Position numbers and translations under genes: made by a program | Assembly: GCA_017502165.1 (NCBI GenBank) | Contig: JAFVVO010000043.1 | Coordinates: 26,409-90,408 of the forward strand | DNA length: 64,000 nt | Direction: 5' to 3' | From: Clostridia bacterium | GTDB taxonomy: Bacteria > Bacillota > Clostridia > Christensenellales > QALW01 | Shown here: positions 56,117-64,000 of the stretch, piece by piece | How positions within the stretch are numbered: position 1 is the stretch's first letter | Layout: each line of letters starts with the position of its first letter | Notes under the pieces: generated by a model | What the model saw: only the letters and a program-made list of their open reading frames with translations | Databases searched by the model: none | Told to the model about the DNA's origin: nothing

Positions 56117-57562
56117 ATGAAGGTAAGAACAAGATTTGCCCCAAGTCCTACGGGCAATATGCATATAGGTAACCTGCGTACCGCTTTATACGGATACTTG
56201 TTTGCAAGAAAAGAAAAGGGCGATTTCGTAGTAAGAATTGAGGATACTGACCAGGTGCGTCTTCAGGAAAACGCAACGGAAATTATTTTCAAGACTTTAG
56301 AGCAAACAAAGCTTGATTTTGACGAGGGTCCCGGTAAAGAGGGAGATTGCGGACCGTATTTTCAGTCGGAAAGACGTGAAATTTATAAAAAATACGCTTT
56401 AGAGCTTATTGATAAGGGTGCCGCATATTATTGCTTCTGTACCGACGAAATGCTTGAGCAGGGCAGAAAAGAGGCAGAAAGCAAGGGTGAAGTATATAAA
56501 TATCCCAAAACCTGCCTTAAAATAGACAGAAAAGAAGCAGAAGAAAGAATTGCAAAGGGCGAAAAATACGTTATCCGCCAGAACACCCCAACAAGCGGCG
56601 AGGTTTATTTTGATGACGTTATTTTCGGCAGAATTACCGTTGATTGCTCGGATTTGGACGATATGGTGCTTCTTAAAAGTGACGGCTTACCCACGTACAA
56701 CTTTGCAAACGTGGTTGACGATCACTTAATGGGTATTACCCACGTTATGCGCGGCTGCGAATATCTTTCAAGCACGCCTAAATACAATCTTCTTTACGCA
56801 GCTTTTGGTTGGGAGCCTCCAATGTACGTGCATCTTCCCCTTATTATGCGAGACGCTACCCACAAGCTTTCAAAGCGTCACGGGGACAAATCATTCCACG
56901 ATTTGCTTGACGACGGCTTCTTAACAGATGCAGTAGTTAACTATATTGCCCTTTTAGGCTGGAATGACGGCTCAAACAAGGAAATTTACACCCGTGAAGA
57001 GCTTATCGAGGCATTTGACCTTTCGGGCATCAGCAAATCTCCGTCAATTTTCGACATTAACAAGCTTCGCTGGATGAACGGCGAATACATTAAAAATATG
57101 GATTTCGACACCTTCTTTGCACTTGCGCTTCCTTGGATTGAAAAAGAAGAATGTCTTAAGGAATATGATGCGAAGAAATTGGCAAAGCTTATTCAGTCAC
57201 GAGTTGAAATTTTATCGGAAATTCCTCAAAAGCTTGCGTTCTTGCCTTTTGTTGAGCCTCACACAACGGAAATGTACTGCCATAAGAAGTTTAAGCTTGA
57301 CGAGGCAGGGGCTAAAGAAAGCTTAGAACAGGTGCTTGCAAAGTATAAGACAATCGAAAACTGGTGCGAACAAGAAATTCACGACGCTTTAATTGCTCTT
57401 GCACAAGAGGTTGGCAAGAAAAACGGCGCAATTATGTGGCCTGCCCGTGTTGCTCTTTGCGGTTTAGAGAGCACTCCCGGAGGTGCAGTAGAGCTTGCTG
57501 ACATTATCGGCAAGGATGAAACCATAGCTCGTCTTGAAAACGCAATTAAAATGTTTTCTTAA
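56117..57562 (+). CDS. gltX: Glutamate--tRNA ligase
   Basis: RTRFAPSPTGNMHIGNLRTALY (HIGH) and KLSKRHG (KMSKS). Confidence 0.95.
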   Translation: MKVRTRFAPSPTGNMHIGNLRTALYGYLFARKEKGDFVVRIEDTDQVRLQENATEIIFKTLEQTKLDFDEGPGKEGDCGPYFQSERREIYKKYALELIDKGAAYYCFCTDEMLEQGRKEAESKGEVYKYPKTCLKIDRKEAEERIAKGEKYVIRQNTPTSGEVYFDDVIFGRITVDCSDLDDMVLLKSDGLPTYNFANVVDDHLMGITHVMRGCEYLSSTPKYNLLYAAFGWEPPMYVHLPLIMRDATHKLSKRHGDKSFHDLLDDGFLTDAVVNYIALLGWNDGSNKEIYTREELIEAFDLSGISKSPSIFDINKLRWMNGEYIKNMDFDTFFALALPWIEKEECLKEYDAKKLAKLIQSRVEILSEIPQKLAFLPFVEPHTTEMYCHKKFKLDEAGAKESLEQVLAKYKTIENWCEQEIHDALIALAQEVGKKNGAIMWPARVALCGLESTPGGAVELADIIGKDETIARLENAIKMFS

Positions 57563-57605
57563 ATAAAAACGTCTTTATAAATTATTTTATTAAAAGGAGA
57601 TAAAA

Positions 57606-58733
57606 ATGGAAGTTTTTGAATTCTTATATTCTTATATAAGTATGCTTGAATGGACTCACGTTGCCATGTGGGCAATAGGCGGAATTTTAATTTTCCTTGC
57701 AATTAAAAAGGAAATGGAGCCTACGTTGCTTCTTCCTCTTGGATTTGGTACGATTTTAGTTAACCTGCCTATGTCGGGCGCAGTAGGTGAAAACGGTCCC
57801 TTAAGCGTTTTGTTTAAGGCTGGTATTGACCACGTAAGCGGTGAGTTATTCCCATTATTGCTCTTTATCGGTATCGGCGCGATGATCGACTTCGGTCCCA
57901 TTTTATCTAACCCTAAGCTGATGATTTTCGGTGCGGCGGCTCAGTTCGGTATTTTCTTAACCATCTGCCTTGCATCAATGTTCTTTGATCTTAAGGACGC
58001 GGCATCAATCGGTATTATCGGCGCGGCAGACGGTCCCACATCAATCGTTGTTGCCCAGAAATTAGGCTCAAATTACGTTGGCGCCATAATGGTTGCGGCA
58101 TATTCATATATGGCTCTTGTTCCTATGATTCAGCCGCCAATTATAAAGCTTTTAACCACAAAGCAGGAGCGTCTTATCCGTATGCCCTACGAGCAGAAGA
58201 GCGTTTCTAAAACCACAAGAATTCTGTTTCCCATAATCGTAACGGTTATTGCAGGCTTGATTTCCGCCGAATCCGTCAGCCTTGTAGGCTTCTTGATGTT
58301 CGGTAACCTTATCCGTGAATGCGGCGTGCTTGACTCTCTTTCTGAAACAGCACAAAAAACCCTTGCAAACCTTGTAACTATTTTCTTGGGTATTACCATT
58401 GCAACACAGATGCAGGCAGATAAGTTCCTTCAGCTTGACACCCTTTTAATTTTAGGTCTCGGCCTTGTTGCATTTGTTTTTGATACTGCAGGCGGCGTGC
58501 TTTTCGCAAAATTATTAAACCTCTTCTTAAAGAAGAAAATCAACCCCATGATTGGTGCGGCAGGTATTTCTGCTTTCCCCATGTCAGGAAGAGTTGTTCA
58601 TAAAATGGCTCTTGAAGAGGACCCCAATAACTTCATTTTAATGCAGGCAATCGGCGTTAACGTTTCAGGTCAGGTTGCATCAGTTATTGCAGGCGGACTT
58701 GTGCTTAACTTCTTTATGAATATGGGAGGTTGA
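57606..58733 (+). CDS. Na+-translocating decarboxylase beta subunit (OadB/GcdB/MmdB family)
   Basis: 375-aa polytopic protein with GFGTILVN, GAADGPTSI and AAGISAFPMSGRV motifs. Confidence 0.85.
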   Translation: MEVFEFLYSYISMLEWTHVAMWAIGGILIFLAIKKEMEPTLLLPLGFGTILVNLPMSGAVGENGPLSVLFKAGIDHVSGELFPLLLFIGIGAMIDFGPILSNPKLMIFGAAAQFGIFLTICLASMFFDLKDAASIGIIGAADGPTSIVVAQKLGSNYVGAIMVAAYSYMALVPMIQPPIIKLLTTKQERLIRMPYEQKSVSKTTRILFPIIVTVIAGLISAESVSLVGFLMFGNLIRECGVLDSLSETAQKTLANLVTIFLGITIATQMQADKFLQLDTLLILGLGLVAFVFDTAGGVLFAKLLNLFLKKKINPMIGAAGISAFPMSGRVVHKMALEEDPNNFILMQAIGVNVSGQVASVIAGGLVLNFFMNMGG

Positions 58734-58737
58734 TAAT

Positions 58738-59031
58738 ATGGGAAATTTTATATTTAAGCCCGAAGCTTTCGTAGATAGTCTTCAGTATATGGGTAAGGGT
58801 ATGCTGGGTATTATTATCGTTATCGGCATAATCATTTTAACTACAGTTTTAATTAACTATTTTACAGGTGAAAAGGTTTCGAGAAGCAAGAAGATTTTAT
58901 TTGTTTCAGCCCTTTGCCTTGCAATAATTTTCCTTTCCGCCGCAAACACAATTAGAATTGATCAGGAAAAGGCAAACCAACCCGAAACACCCCCCACAAC
59001 AGACGTTTCACCAAGCGTTGACGAAAAATAA
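58738..59031 (+). CDS. Small membrane protein, OadG-like (decarboxylase gamma-type)
   Basis: 97 aa. The N-terminus LQYMGKGMLGIIIVIGIIILT resembles OadG. It lies directly after the beta subunit. Confidence 0.5.
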   Translation: MGNFIFKPEAFVDSLQYMGKGMLGIIIVIGIIILTTVLINYFTGEKVSRSKKILFVSALCLAIIFLSAANTIRIDQEKANQPETPPTTDVSPSVDEK

Positions 59032-59036
59032 AAAAG

Positions 59037-59067
59037 AGCGTTGTATCTTTCGATGCAACGCTTTTTT
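59037..59067 (+). terminator. Rho-independent terminator
   Basis: AGCGTTGTATC-TTTC-GATGCAACGCT followed by TTTTTT. Confidence 0.85.
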
Positions 59068-59117
59068 AATGAATAATGAAAAATGAATAATGAATAATTA
59101 AGGTGCGGCTTCGCCGC
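59068..59117 (-). repeat. Hairpin + (ATTATTC)n element, copy B (inverted relative to copy A)
   Basis: The reverse complement reads GCGGC-GAA-GCCGC then ACCTTAATTATTCATTATTCATTTTTCATTATTCATT. Confidence 0.85.
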
Positions 59118-59136
59118 GGAATTATATGTTGATTTA

Positions 59137-59163
59137 TTTTATATGTTTTATATGTTTTATATA
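59137..59163. repeat. 3 x 9-nt tandem repeat TTTTATAT(G/A)
   Basis: Read directly from the sequence: ttttatatg ttttatatg ttttatata. Confidence 0.8.
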
Positions 59164-59175
59164 TTGTAGGGACAG

Positions 59176-59213
59176 GCGTCCCCGACTGTCCATAGCGTCC
59201 TCGACTGTCCGCA
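59176..59213. repeat. 2 x 19-nt tandem repeat GCGTCC(C/T)CGACTGTCC(ATA/GCA)
   Basis: 16 of 19 positions are identical between units 59176-59194 and 59195-59213. Confidence 0.8.
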
Positions 59214-59218
59214 AGGAC

Positions 59219-59300
59219 ACATCATTTGTGCTTTAGCAAAACATCATTTGACGAAGTCAACATCATTTTGCGTAGCAAACATCATTTGTCGCAGGCAACA
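59219..59300. repeat. 4 x ~19-22-nt tandem units: ACATCATTTG plus a short hairpin
   Basis: Units start at 59219, 59241, 59260 and 59279. Stems include TTGAC/GTCAA, TTTGC/GCAAA and TTGTC/GGCAA. The array abuts the stop codon of the minus-strand SDR gene. Confidence 0.8.
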
Positions 59301-59301
59301 A

Positions 59302-60063
59302 TCAGTGCTTTTGCTGCTTAAGCCAGATTTTCATAACCAGTGAGTGCGGTAATAATTTTACAAGCAAAACCTGACCTTTAATCTGAAGTCCGTGAACGGA
59401 AACCTGCTTTTTCTTAAGCATATCCTTATAAGCGGTGTCAATAACTGCTTTGGCGGAGTAAATTTTGTTAAAATAAGTAACTGCATCGGTTTGTTCTGTT
59501 TCGGCACGGGCAAAAAATTCCGTTTTAACCCAACCGGGACAAACTGCCATAACGTGAATACCTCTTGATTTTAATTCTGCATTAAGACCGCGTGAATACG
59601 AAAGAACAAAGGCTTTGGTTGCGGCATAAACGTTAAGATACGGCACCGGCTGGAAAGAAGAAAGTGAGCAAAGCTGAACAATATGGCTGTTTTTTGCCAT
59701 AAAAGGAAGTGAAACCTGCGTAACAGAAACAAGCGCCTTGCAGTTAAGGTCAATCATGCCTAAGGATTCTTCTAACGGCACCACGTCGGTGTGACCGAAT
59801 TTTCCGAATCCTGAGCAATTAACCAGAATTTTAATTTGCGGTTTTTCTTTTTCTAAAAGAGCAACGTAAGAGTCTATGCTCTCTTGTTTGGTTAAATCAC
59901 AGGAAATTACGCGAAGAGGAGTAGAAACCTCTTTTTTTAATTCTTCCAATCTGTCGGCTCTGCGGGCAAGCACCCAAATTTCGTCTAACTTCTCATTTTT
60001 ATCTAATTTAAGCACAAATTCTCTTCCCATTCCTGAAGATGCGCCCGTTACTATTCCTATCAT
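59302..60063 (-). CDS. Short-chain dehydrogenase/reductase (SDR) family oxidoreductase
   Basis: TGASSGMGRE cofactor motif and YAATKAF catalytic YxxxK. Confidence 0.88.
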   Translation of the reverse strand: MIGIVTGASSGMGREFVLKLDKNEKLDEIWVLARRADRLEELKKEVSTPLRVISCDLTKQESIDSYVALLEKEKPQIKILVNCSGFGKFGHTDVVPLEESLGMIDLNCKALVSVTQVSLPFMAKNSHIVQLCSLSSFQPVPYLNVYAATKAFVLSYSRGLNAELKSRGIHVMAVCPGWVKTEFFARAETEQTDAVTYFNKIYSAKAVIDTAYKDMLKKKQVSVHGLQIKGQVLLVKLLPHSLVMKIWLKQQKH

Positions 60064-60196
60064 AAAATCACCTCAAAACTAAATTTACAGACTTATTTTA
60101 CCATATTTTTCTCCGTTTTTCAACGAAAATGCAAAGAAAATAAAAACGTCAAATATCAACGTATGGACATATATTAAATATATTTATATCTATATA

Positions 60197-60225
60197 TTGA
60201 CATTCTTGCTTTTTTAGTGTATAAT
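60197..60225 (+). promoter_or_regulatory. Sigma-A promoter (extended -10) upstream of rny
   Basis: TTGACA (60197-60202), 17-nt spacer, TG-n-TATAAT (60220-60225). Confidence 0.65.
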
Positions 60226-60372
60226 GTGCTATGTAGCCGAAATGTTATTTTCGCTAACCAAAGCATCATAACTTGAAGCGATTGTAATTATTTGGTTAAA
60301 GTTGTTTTCACTTTTTGTTTGTTTTATTTCATAAATTCCAAGACTAAAAATTTAATACAAGGAGGTGTTCTT

Positions 60373-61914
60373 ATGGAACCATGGATGTGGATATGTATTG
60401 CCGCAGCAACCCTTATTTTAGGACTTGTTATCGGCAGTTTAGTTCAAAAACGGACAATAGAAGCAAGAATTGGCAGAGCAGAAGAATCTGCTAACCGCAT
60501 TTTAGAGGATGCAAAATCCAGAGCGGAAGTTTTATCAAAAGAAAGAATTTCAGAAGCAAAAGAGGAAGTTCACAGACTTCGCAGTGATTGCGAGGCGGAC
60601 TGCAGAGAACGCAGAGCCGAAGTTACAAAAATGGAAAAAAGAGTTCTTCAGAGAGAAGAACAGATGGACAAGAAGATGGCTTCTCTTGAAGCCAAGGAAG
60701 AGCGTTTCGTTAAGCGCGAAAAGGAGTTAGACGAAAGTCTTGCCGCCGCTGAGGAGCTTAATAAACGCAGAATTGAAGCATTGGAGAAGGTTGCAGGCCT
60801 TTCTTCAGAAGAAGCAAAACAAGCACTTATTGAATCAATTGAAAACGAAGCCCGTCACGATGCGGCATTAAAAGTACGCGATATTGAAGCTCAGGCAAAA
60901 TCCGAAAGCGACAAAATCGCAAGAAACATTATCACTATGGCAATTCAGCGCTGTGCCGCTGACCACGTTGCCGAAACTACAGTTTCAGTAGTTGCTCTTC
61001 CCAACGACGAAATGAAGGGTCGTATTATCGGCAGAGAGGGCAGAAACATTAAGGCTATTGAAACCGCAACGGGCGTTGAGCTTATTATTGACGATACTCC
61101 CGAAGCAGTTATCCTTTCGTCCTTTGACCCCGTTCGCAGAGATATTGCAAGAATTGCTCTTGAAAGACTTATTGTTGACGGCAGAATTCATCCTACGAGA
61201 ATCGAGGATATGGTTGAAAAGGCTCGCAAGGAGGTTGAACAGCAGATTAAGGAAGCCGGTGAGGCTACCGTATTTGATGCAGGTATTCACAACATTCACC
61301 CCGAGCTTGTTAAGATTTTAGGCCGCTTAAAGTACAGAACAAGCTACGGCCAGAACGTGCTCAAGCATTCACTTGAGGTTTCATATATTGCAGGCTTGCT
61401 TGCAGGTGAAATCGGTGCAGATATTACTTTGGCAAAGCGTGCAGGTCTTCTCCACGATATCGGTAAGGCAGTTGACCACGAAATTGAGGGTACTCACATT
61501 CAGATTGGTGTTGATTTGGCTAAGAAATACCGTGAAAACGCTGAGGTTATTCACTGTATTGCCGCCCACCACAACGATATTGAGCCTCAGACCGTTGAAG
61601 CCGTTTTAGTTCAGGCGGCGGATGCTATTTCAGGCGCACGCCCCGGCGCAAGAAGAGAAACTCTTGAAGCCTACATTAAGCGTCTTGAACAGCTTGAGGA
61701 AATTGCAAACTCCTTTAACGGCGTTGAAAAATCCTTCGCAGTTCAGGCAGGCAGAGAAATCAGAATTATCGTTAAGCCTGAGGTTGTTTCCGAGGAAGCA
61801 ACGGTGCTTATGGCAAAGGATATTGCAAAGCGTATCGAAACCGATATGGTTTATCCGGGACAAATTAAAGTTAACGTTGTTCGTGAAACACGTAAGGTTG
61901 AATACGCAAAATAA
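60373..61914 (+). CDS. rny: Ribonuclease Y
   Basis: ATG 60373 follows AAGGAGG. N-terminal TM segment, coiled coil, KH domain ([13 protein letters not shown]) and HD domain (LLHDIGKA). Confidence 0.95.
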   Translation: MEPWMWICIAAATLILGLVIGSLVQKRTIEARIGRAEESANRILEDAKSRAEVLSKERISEAKEEVHRLRSDCEADCRERRAEVTKMEKRVLQREEQMDKKMASLEAKEERFVKREKELDESLAAAEELNKRRIEALEKVAGLSSEEAKQALIESIENEARHDAALKVRDIEAQAKSESDKIARNIITMAIQRCAADHVAETTVSVVALPNDEMKGRIIGREGRNIKAIETATGVELIIDDTPEAVILSSFDPVRRDIARIALERLIVDGRIHPTRIEDMVEKARKEVEQQIKEAGEATVFDAGIHNIHPELVKILGRLKYRTSYGQNVLKHSLEVSYIAGLLAGEIGADITLAKRAGLLHDIGKAVDHEIEGTHIQIGVDLAKKYRENAEVIHCIAAHHNDIEPQTVEAVLVQAADAISGARPGARRETLEAYIKRLEQLEEIANSFNGVEKSFAVQAGREIRIIVKPEVVSEEATVLMAKDIAKRIETDMVYPGQIKVNVVRETRKVEYAK

Positions 61915-61921
61915 AAATTTA

Positions 61922-61968
61922 AGGGGCTTAACGCAAAGGCAGTTAGCCCCTAATTTTTACTTTTTTCG
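61922..61968 (+). terminator. Rho-independent terminator after rny
   Basis: AGGGGCTTAAC...GTTAGCCCCT followed by T-runs. Confidence 0.75.
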
Positions 61969-62010
61969 CTATTATTTTATCAAAGGCAAAAAACTCTTTC
62001 GGAATAAAAA

Positions 62011-63897
62011 ATGATTTTAATTGACGTAAACAATTTATCCGTTTCCTTTGGTGATAAGGAAATATTATCGAATATTACCTTTCAGGTGCAAAAGGGACAG
62101 TGCGTCGGCTTAACGGGCTTAAACGGCGCAGGAAAAACCACACTTATGAAAGCAATTTCAGGCGTGCAGGAAATTTCTGCAGGCAGTATTTCCATCTCCA
62201 AAGGTTGCAGAATAGGCTATTTAGAACAGCACCACACGGTTTCAAGCGAAAACACCGTTTTCGAAGAGGCCAAGAAAAGCTTTACCCCTCTTTTTGACGT
62301 TGAAGAAAAAATGCACGCAGTTGAAGAACAAATGACTCTTCCCGATGCCGATTTAACGGCTTTAGGGGACAGATACGCCCGTTTACAAGCTGAACATGAG
62401 GCTTTGGGCGGTTACGGCTGGAAAAGCCGTCTTTTAGGGGTTCTGAAGGGTTTAGGCTTAACGGAAGAATTTTGGGATAAACCTGCAGGAGTTCTTTCGG
62501 GCGGAGAGAAAACACGTCTTGCATTAGCAAAAATGCTTCTTAATAATAACGACGTGCTTCTTTTGGACGAGCCTACAAACCATCTTGATATTGAAGCGGC
62601 ACAGTGGCTTACGGACTTTTTGTCCCGCAGTGGCGCAACTATTTTGCTTATTTCCCACGACCGATATATGATGGATAAGCTTTGCGACGGTGTTGCCCAG
62701 ATTGAAAACGGTTCATTGCGCTATTATAAGGGCAATTATACCGAGTTTTGCGTTAAGTGGGAAGAAGAATTAAAGGCTAATCAAAAGGCATACGATAAAC
62801 AGCAGGACGAAATTAAGCGTCAGCGGGCAATTATTGCCAAGTACCGCCAATTTAACAGAGAAAAATCTATCCGTGCCGCTGAAAGCAGAGAAAAGGTCCT
62901 TGATAAAATGGTGCTTTTAGAAAAGCACGAGGACCACGCAGATATGCGCCTTAATTTTCAGCAAAACAGAGTTTCGGGCGGCGACGTATTAAAAATATTC
63001 TCCCTTTCAAAAGGCTTTGAAAATAAGATTTTATTTGAAAATTTTTCTGCCGAAATAAAAAAAGGACAGAAAATTGCAATTATAGGTCCTAACGGCGCAG
63101 GAAAGACCACCTTAATGGAAATTTTAATGGGACTTCAGCGTGCCGACAGGGGAGAAATTATTAAGGGCGTTAACGTTGACGTTGGGTATTATGAACAAAA
63201 CCATAAAGAGTTTATGTCCAATGAGTCCGTTATGGATATGGTTTGGCGCGGAAACCGTGATTTAACGCAAACCCAGGTGCGTACCCGTTGCGCGTCTATG
63301 CTGTTTTTCGGTGAGGACGTGTTCAAGGAAGGAAGCGTGCTTTCAGGCGGAGAGCGTGCGCGAGTTGCCCTTTGCAAGCTTTCACTTCAGGGAAGCAACA
63401 CTCTTGTTCTCGACGAGCCTACAAACCATCTTGATATGGATTCCCGTGAGGTGCTTGAAGACGCCTTAGAGCGCTTTGACGGCACGGTTATTGCCGTTTC
63501 CCACGACAGATATTTCATTAACCGAATTTTTGATATTCTGTGGATAGTTAAAGACGGCAAAATTGAGGTTTTCTCAGGCTCCTACGACGATTACATTCTT
63601 TCTCAGAAGCAGGAAGAAGAAAAGCAAGAGGCAACAGTAAATAAAACTGCCCTTGCCAAAGAGAGAGCCAAGGACAGAGAAAGCCGAGAAAAAGAGAAAA
63701 AGAAAAGGGCAAAAATAAGCGAATTAGAGCGAAAAATTGCGTCTTTAGAGGAAGAAAAGGCGAAAATGGAGGAATTGTTTTCTTCTGCCGAGCTTTATTC
63801 TGATCAGGATGAGCTTAAACGCGCCCAGGAAAAATACGCTCAGATAGAAAAAGACTTGGACAAGGCTATGGAAGATTGGATGGAATTAACCGAATGA
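62011..63897 (+). CDS. ABC-F family ATPase (two NBDs, Lys/Glu-rich C-terminal coiled coil)
   Basis: Two Walker A motifs (GLNGAGKTT, GPNGAGKTT), two LSGGE signatures and no TM domain. Confidence 0.9.
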   Translation: MILIDVNNLSVSFGDKEILSNITFQVQKGQCVGLTGLNGAGKTTLMKAISGVQEISAGSISISKGCRIGYLEQHHTVSSENTVFEEAKKSFTPLFDVEEKMHAVEEQMTLPDADLTALGDRYARLQAEHEALGGYGWKSRLLGVLKGLGLTEEFWDKPAGVLSGGEKTRLALAKMLLNNNDVLLLDEPTNHLDIEAAQWLTDFLSRSGATILLISHDRYMMDKLCDGVAQIENGSLRYYKGNYTEFCVKWEEELKANQKAYDKQQDEIKRQRAIIAKYRQFNREKSIRAAESREKVLDKMVLLEKHEDHADMRLNFQQNRVSGGDVLKIFSLSKGFENKILFENFSAEIKKGQKIAIIGPNGAGKTTLMEILMGLQRADRGEIIKGVNVDVGYYEQNHKEFMSNESVMDMVWRGNRDLTQTQVRTRCASMLFFGEDVFKEGSVLSGGERARVALCKLSLQGSNTLVLDEPTNHLDMDSREVLEDALERFDGTVIAVSHDRYFINRIFDILWIVKDGKIEVFSGSYDDYILSQKQEEEKQEATVNKTALAKERAKDRESREKEKKKRAKISELERKIASLEEEKAKMEELFSSAELYSDQDELKRAQEKYAQIEKDLDKAMEDWMELTE

Positions 63898-64000
63898 TAG
63901 AAAAACTTACGGGGTTAGAGCTTCGCAGAATTTTTGAAGAAACGGGCTTTGGATTTTCAAAGTCTTTAGGTCAGAACTTTTTGTGCGACGAAAGAATACT
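63894..64000 (+). CDS. rsmA: 16S rRNA (adenine1518/1519-N6)-dimethyltransferase, 5' fragment
   Basis: MIEKLTGLELRRIFEETGFGFSKSLGQNFLCDE. The SLGQNFL motif is diagnostic. ATGA overlap with the ABC-F stop. The gene runs off the window. Confidence 0.8.
   Translation, partial: MIEKLTGLELRRIFEETGFGFSKSLGQNFLCDERI

Noticed and set aside
17767-59117. Inverted repeat pair as ends of a transposon or IS
   Set aside because: I saw no transposase, integrase or recombinase ORF anywhere in the window. The enclosed segment contains core genes (serCA, glgA, dnaN, recF, gltX). I therefore report it only as a repeat family and possible inversion substrate.
59137-59300. Possible CRISPR array
   Set aside because: The units are only 9-22 nt with no unique spacers between them, and no cas genes are present. 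These are tandem repeats, not a CRISPR array.
1-64000. rRNA, tRNA or tmRNA genes
   Set aside because: The intergenic regions are short or strongly AT-rich, and I saw no cloverleaf-like GC-rich stems. A tRNAscan/Infernal run would be needed for certainty.

Overview
64-kb chromosomal window from a low-GC Gram-positive, Clostridia-type bacterium. (1) 1-1.8 kb: the 3' end of a glycosidase-like gene, pduL, and a divergent XRE-repressor/SLOG(DUF2493) gene pair that looks AT-rich by eye. (2) 1.8-17.4 kb, minus strand: a complete S10-spc-alpha ribosomal-protein supercluster (rpsJ to rplQ, including secY, adk, map, infA, rpmJ, rpoA). It is driven by a consensus sigma-A promoter at 17.6 kb with a ~200-nt leader. 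(3) 17.9-21.5 kb: an orphan hypothetical gene and serC-serA. (4) 21.8-45.6 kb is the most interesting part. A membrane sensor diguanylate cyclase is followed by a c-di-GMP-I (GEMM-I)-like riboswitch with an intrinsic terminator. Then comes a ~21-kb, 19-gene tightly packed Wzx/Wzy-type exopolysaccharide operon. The operon opens with an EAL phosphodiesterase and contains a Wzz/PCP-like co-polymerase fused to a degenerate GGDEF domain (GNGSF) and a membrane degenerate-GGDEF/EAL protein. It has no BY-kinase. (5) 45.7-50.5 kb: a separate ABC-transporter-dependent glycan module (dual GT2, wzm, wzt, GacI/GacJ-like pair). (6) 50.6-53.5 kb, minus strand: a lipoprotein and glgA. (7) 53.5-53.9 kb: an oriC-like DnaA-box cluster plus AT tract upstream of dnaN-recF, with no dnaA or gyrBA next to it. 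(8) 56-64 kb: gltX, an orphan OadB/OadG-like pair, an SDR, rny, an ABC-F ATPase and the start of rsmA. Two intergenic regions (17.77-17.90 kb and 59.07-59.30 kb) share a hairpin + ATTATTC-heptamer element in inverted orientation, plus arrays of ~20-nt hairpin units. By eye I found no rRNA, tRNA, CRISPR array, transposase or integrase. All protein family calls come from motif recognition, not database searches.
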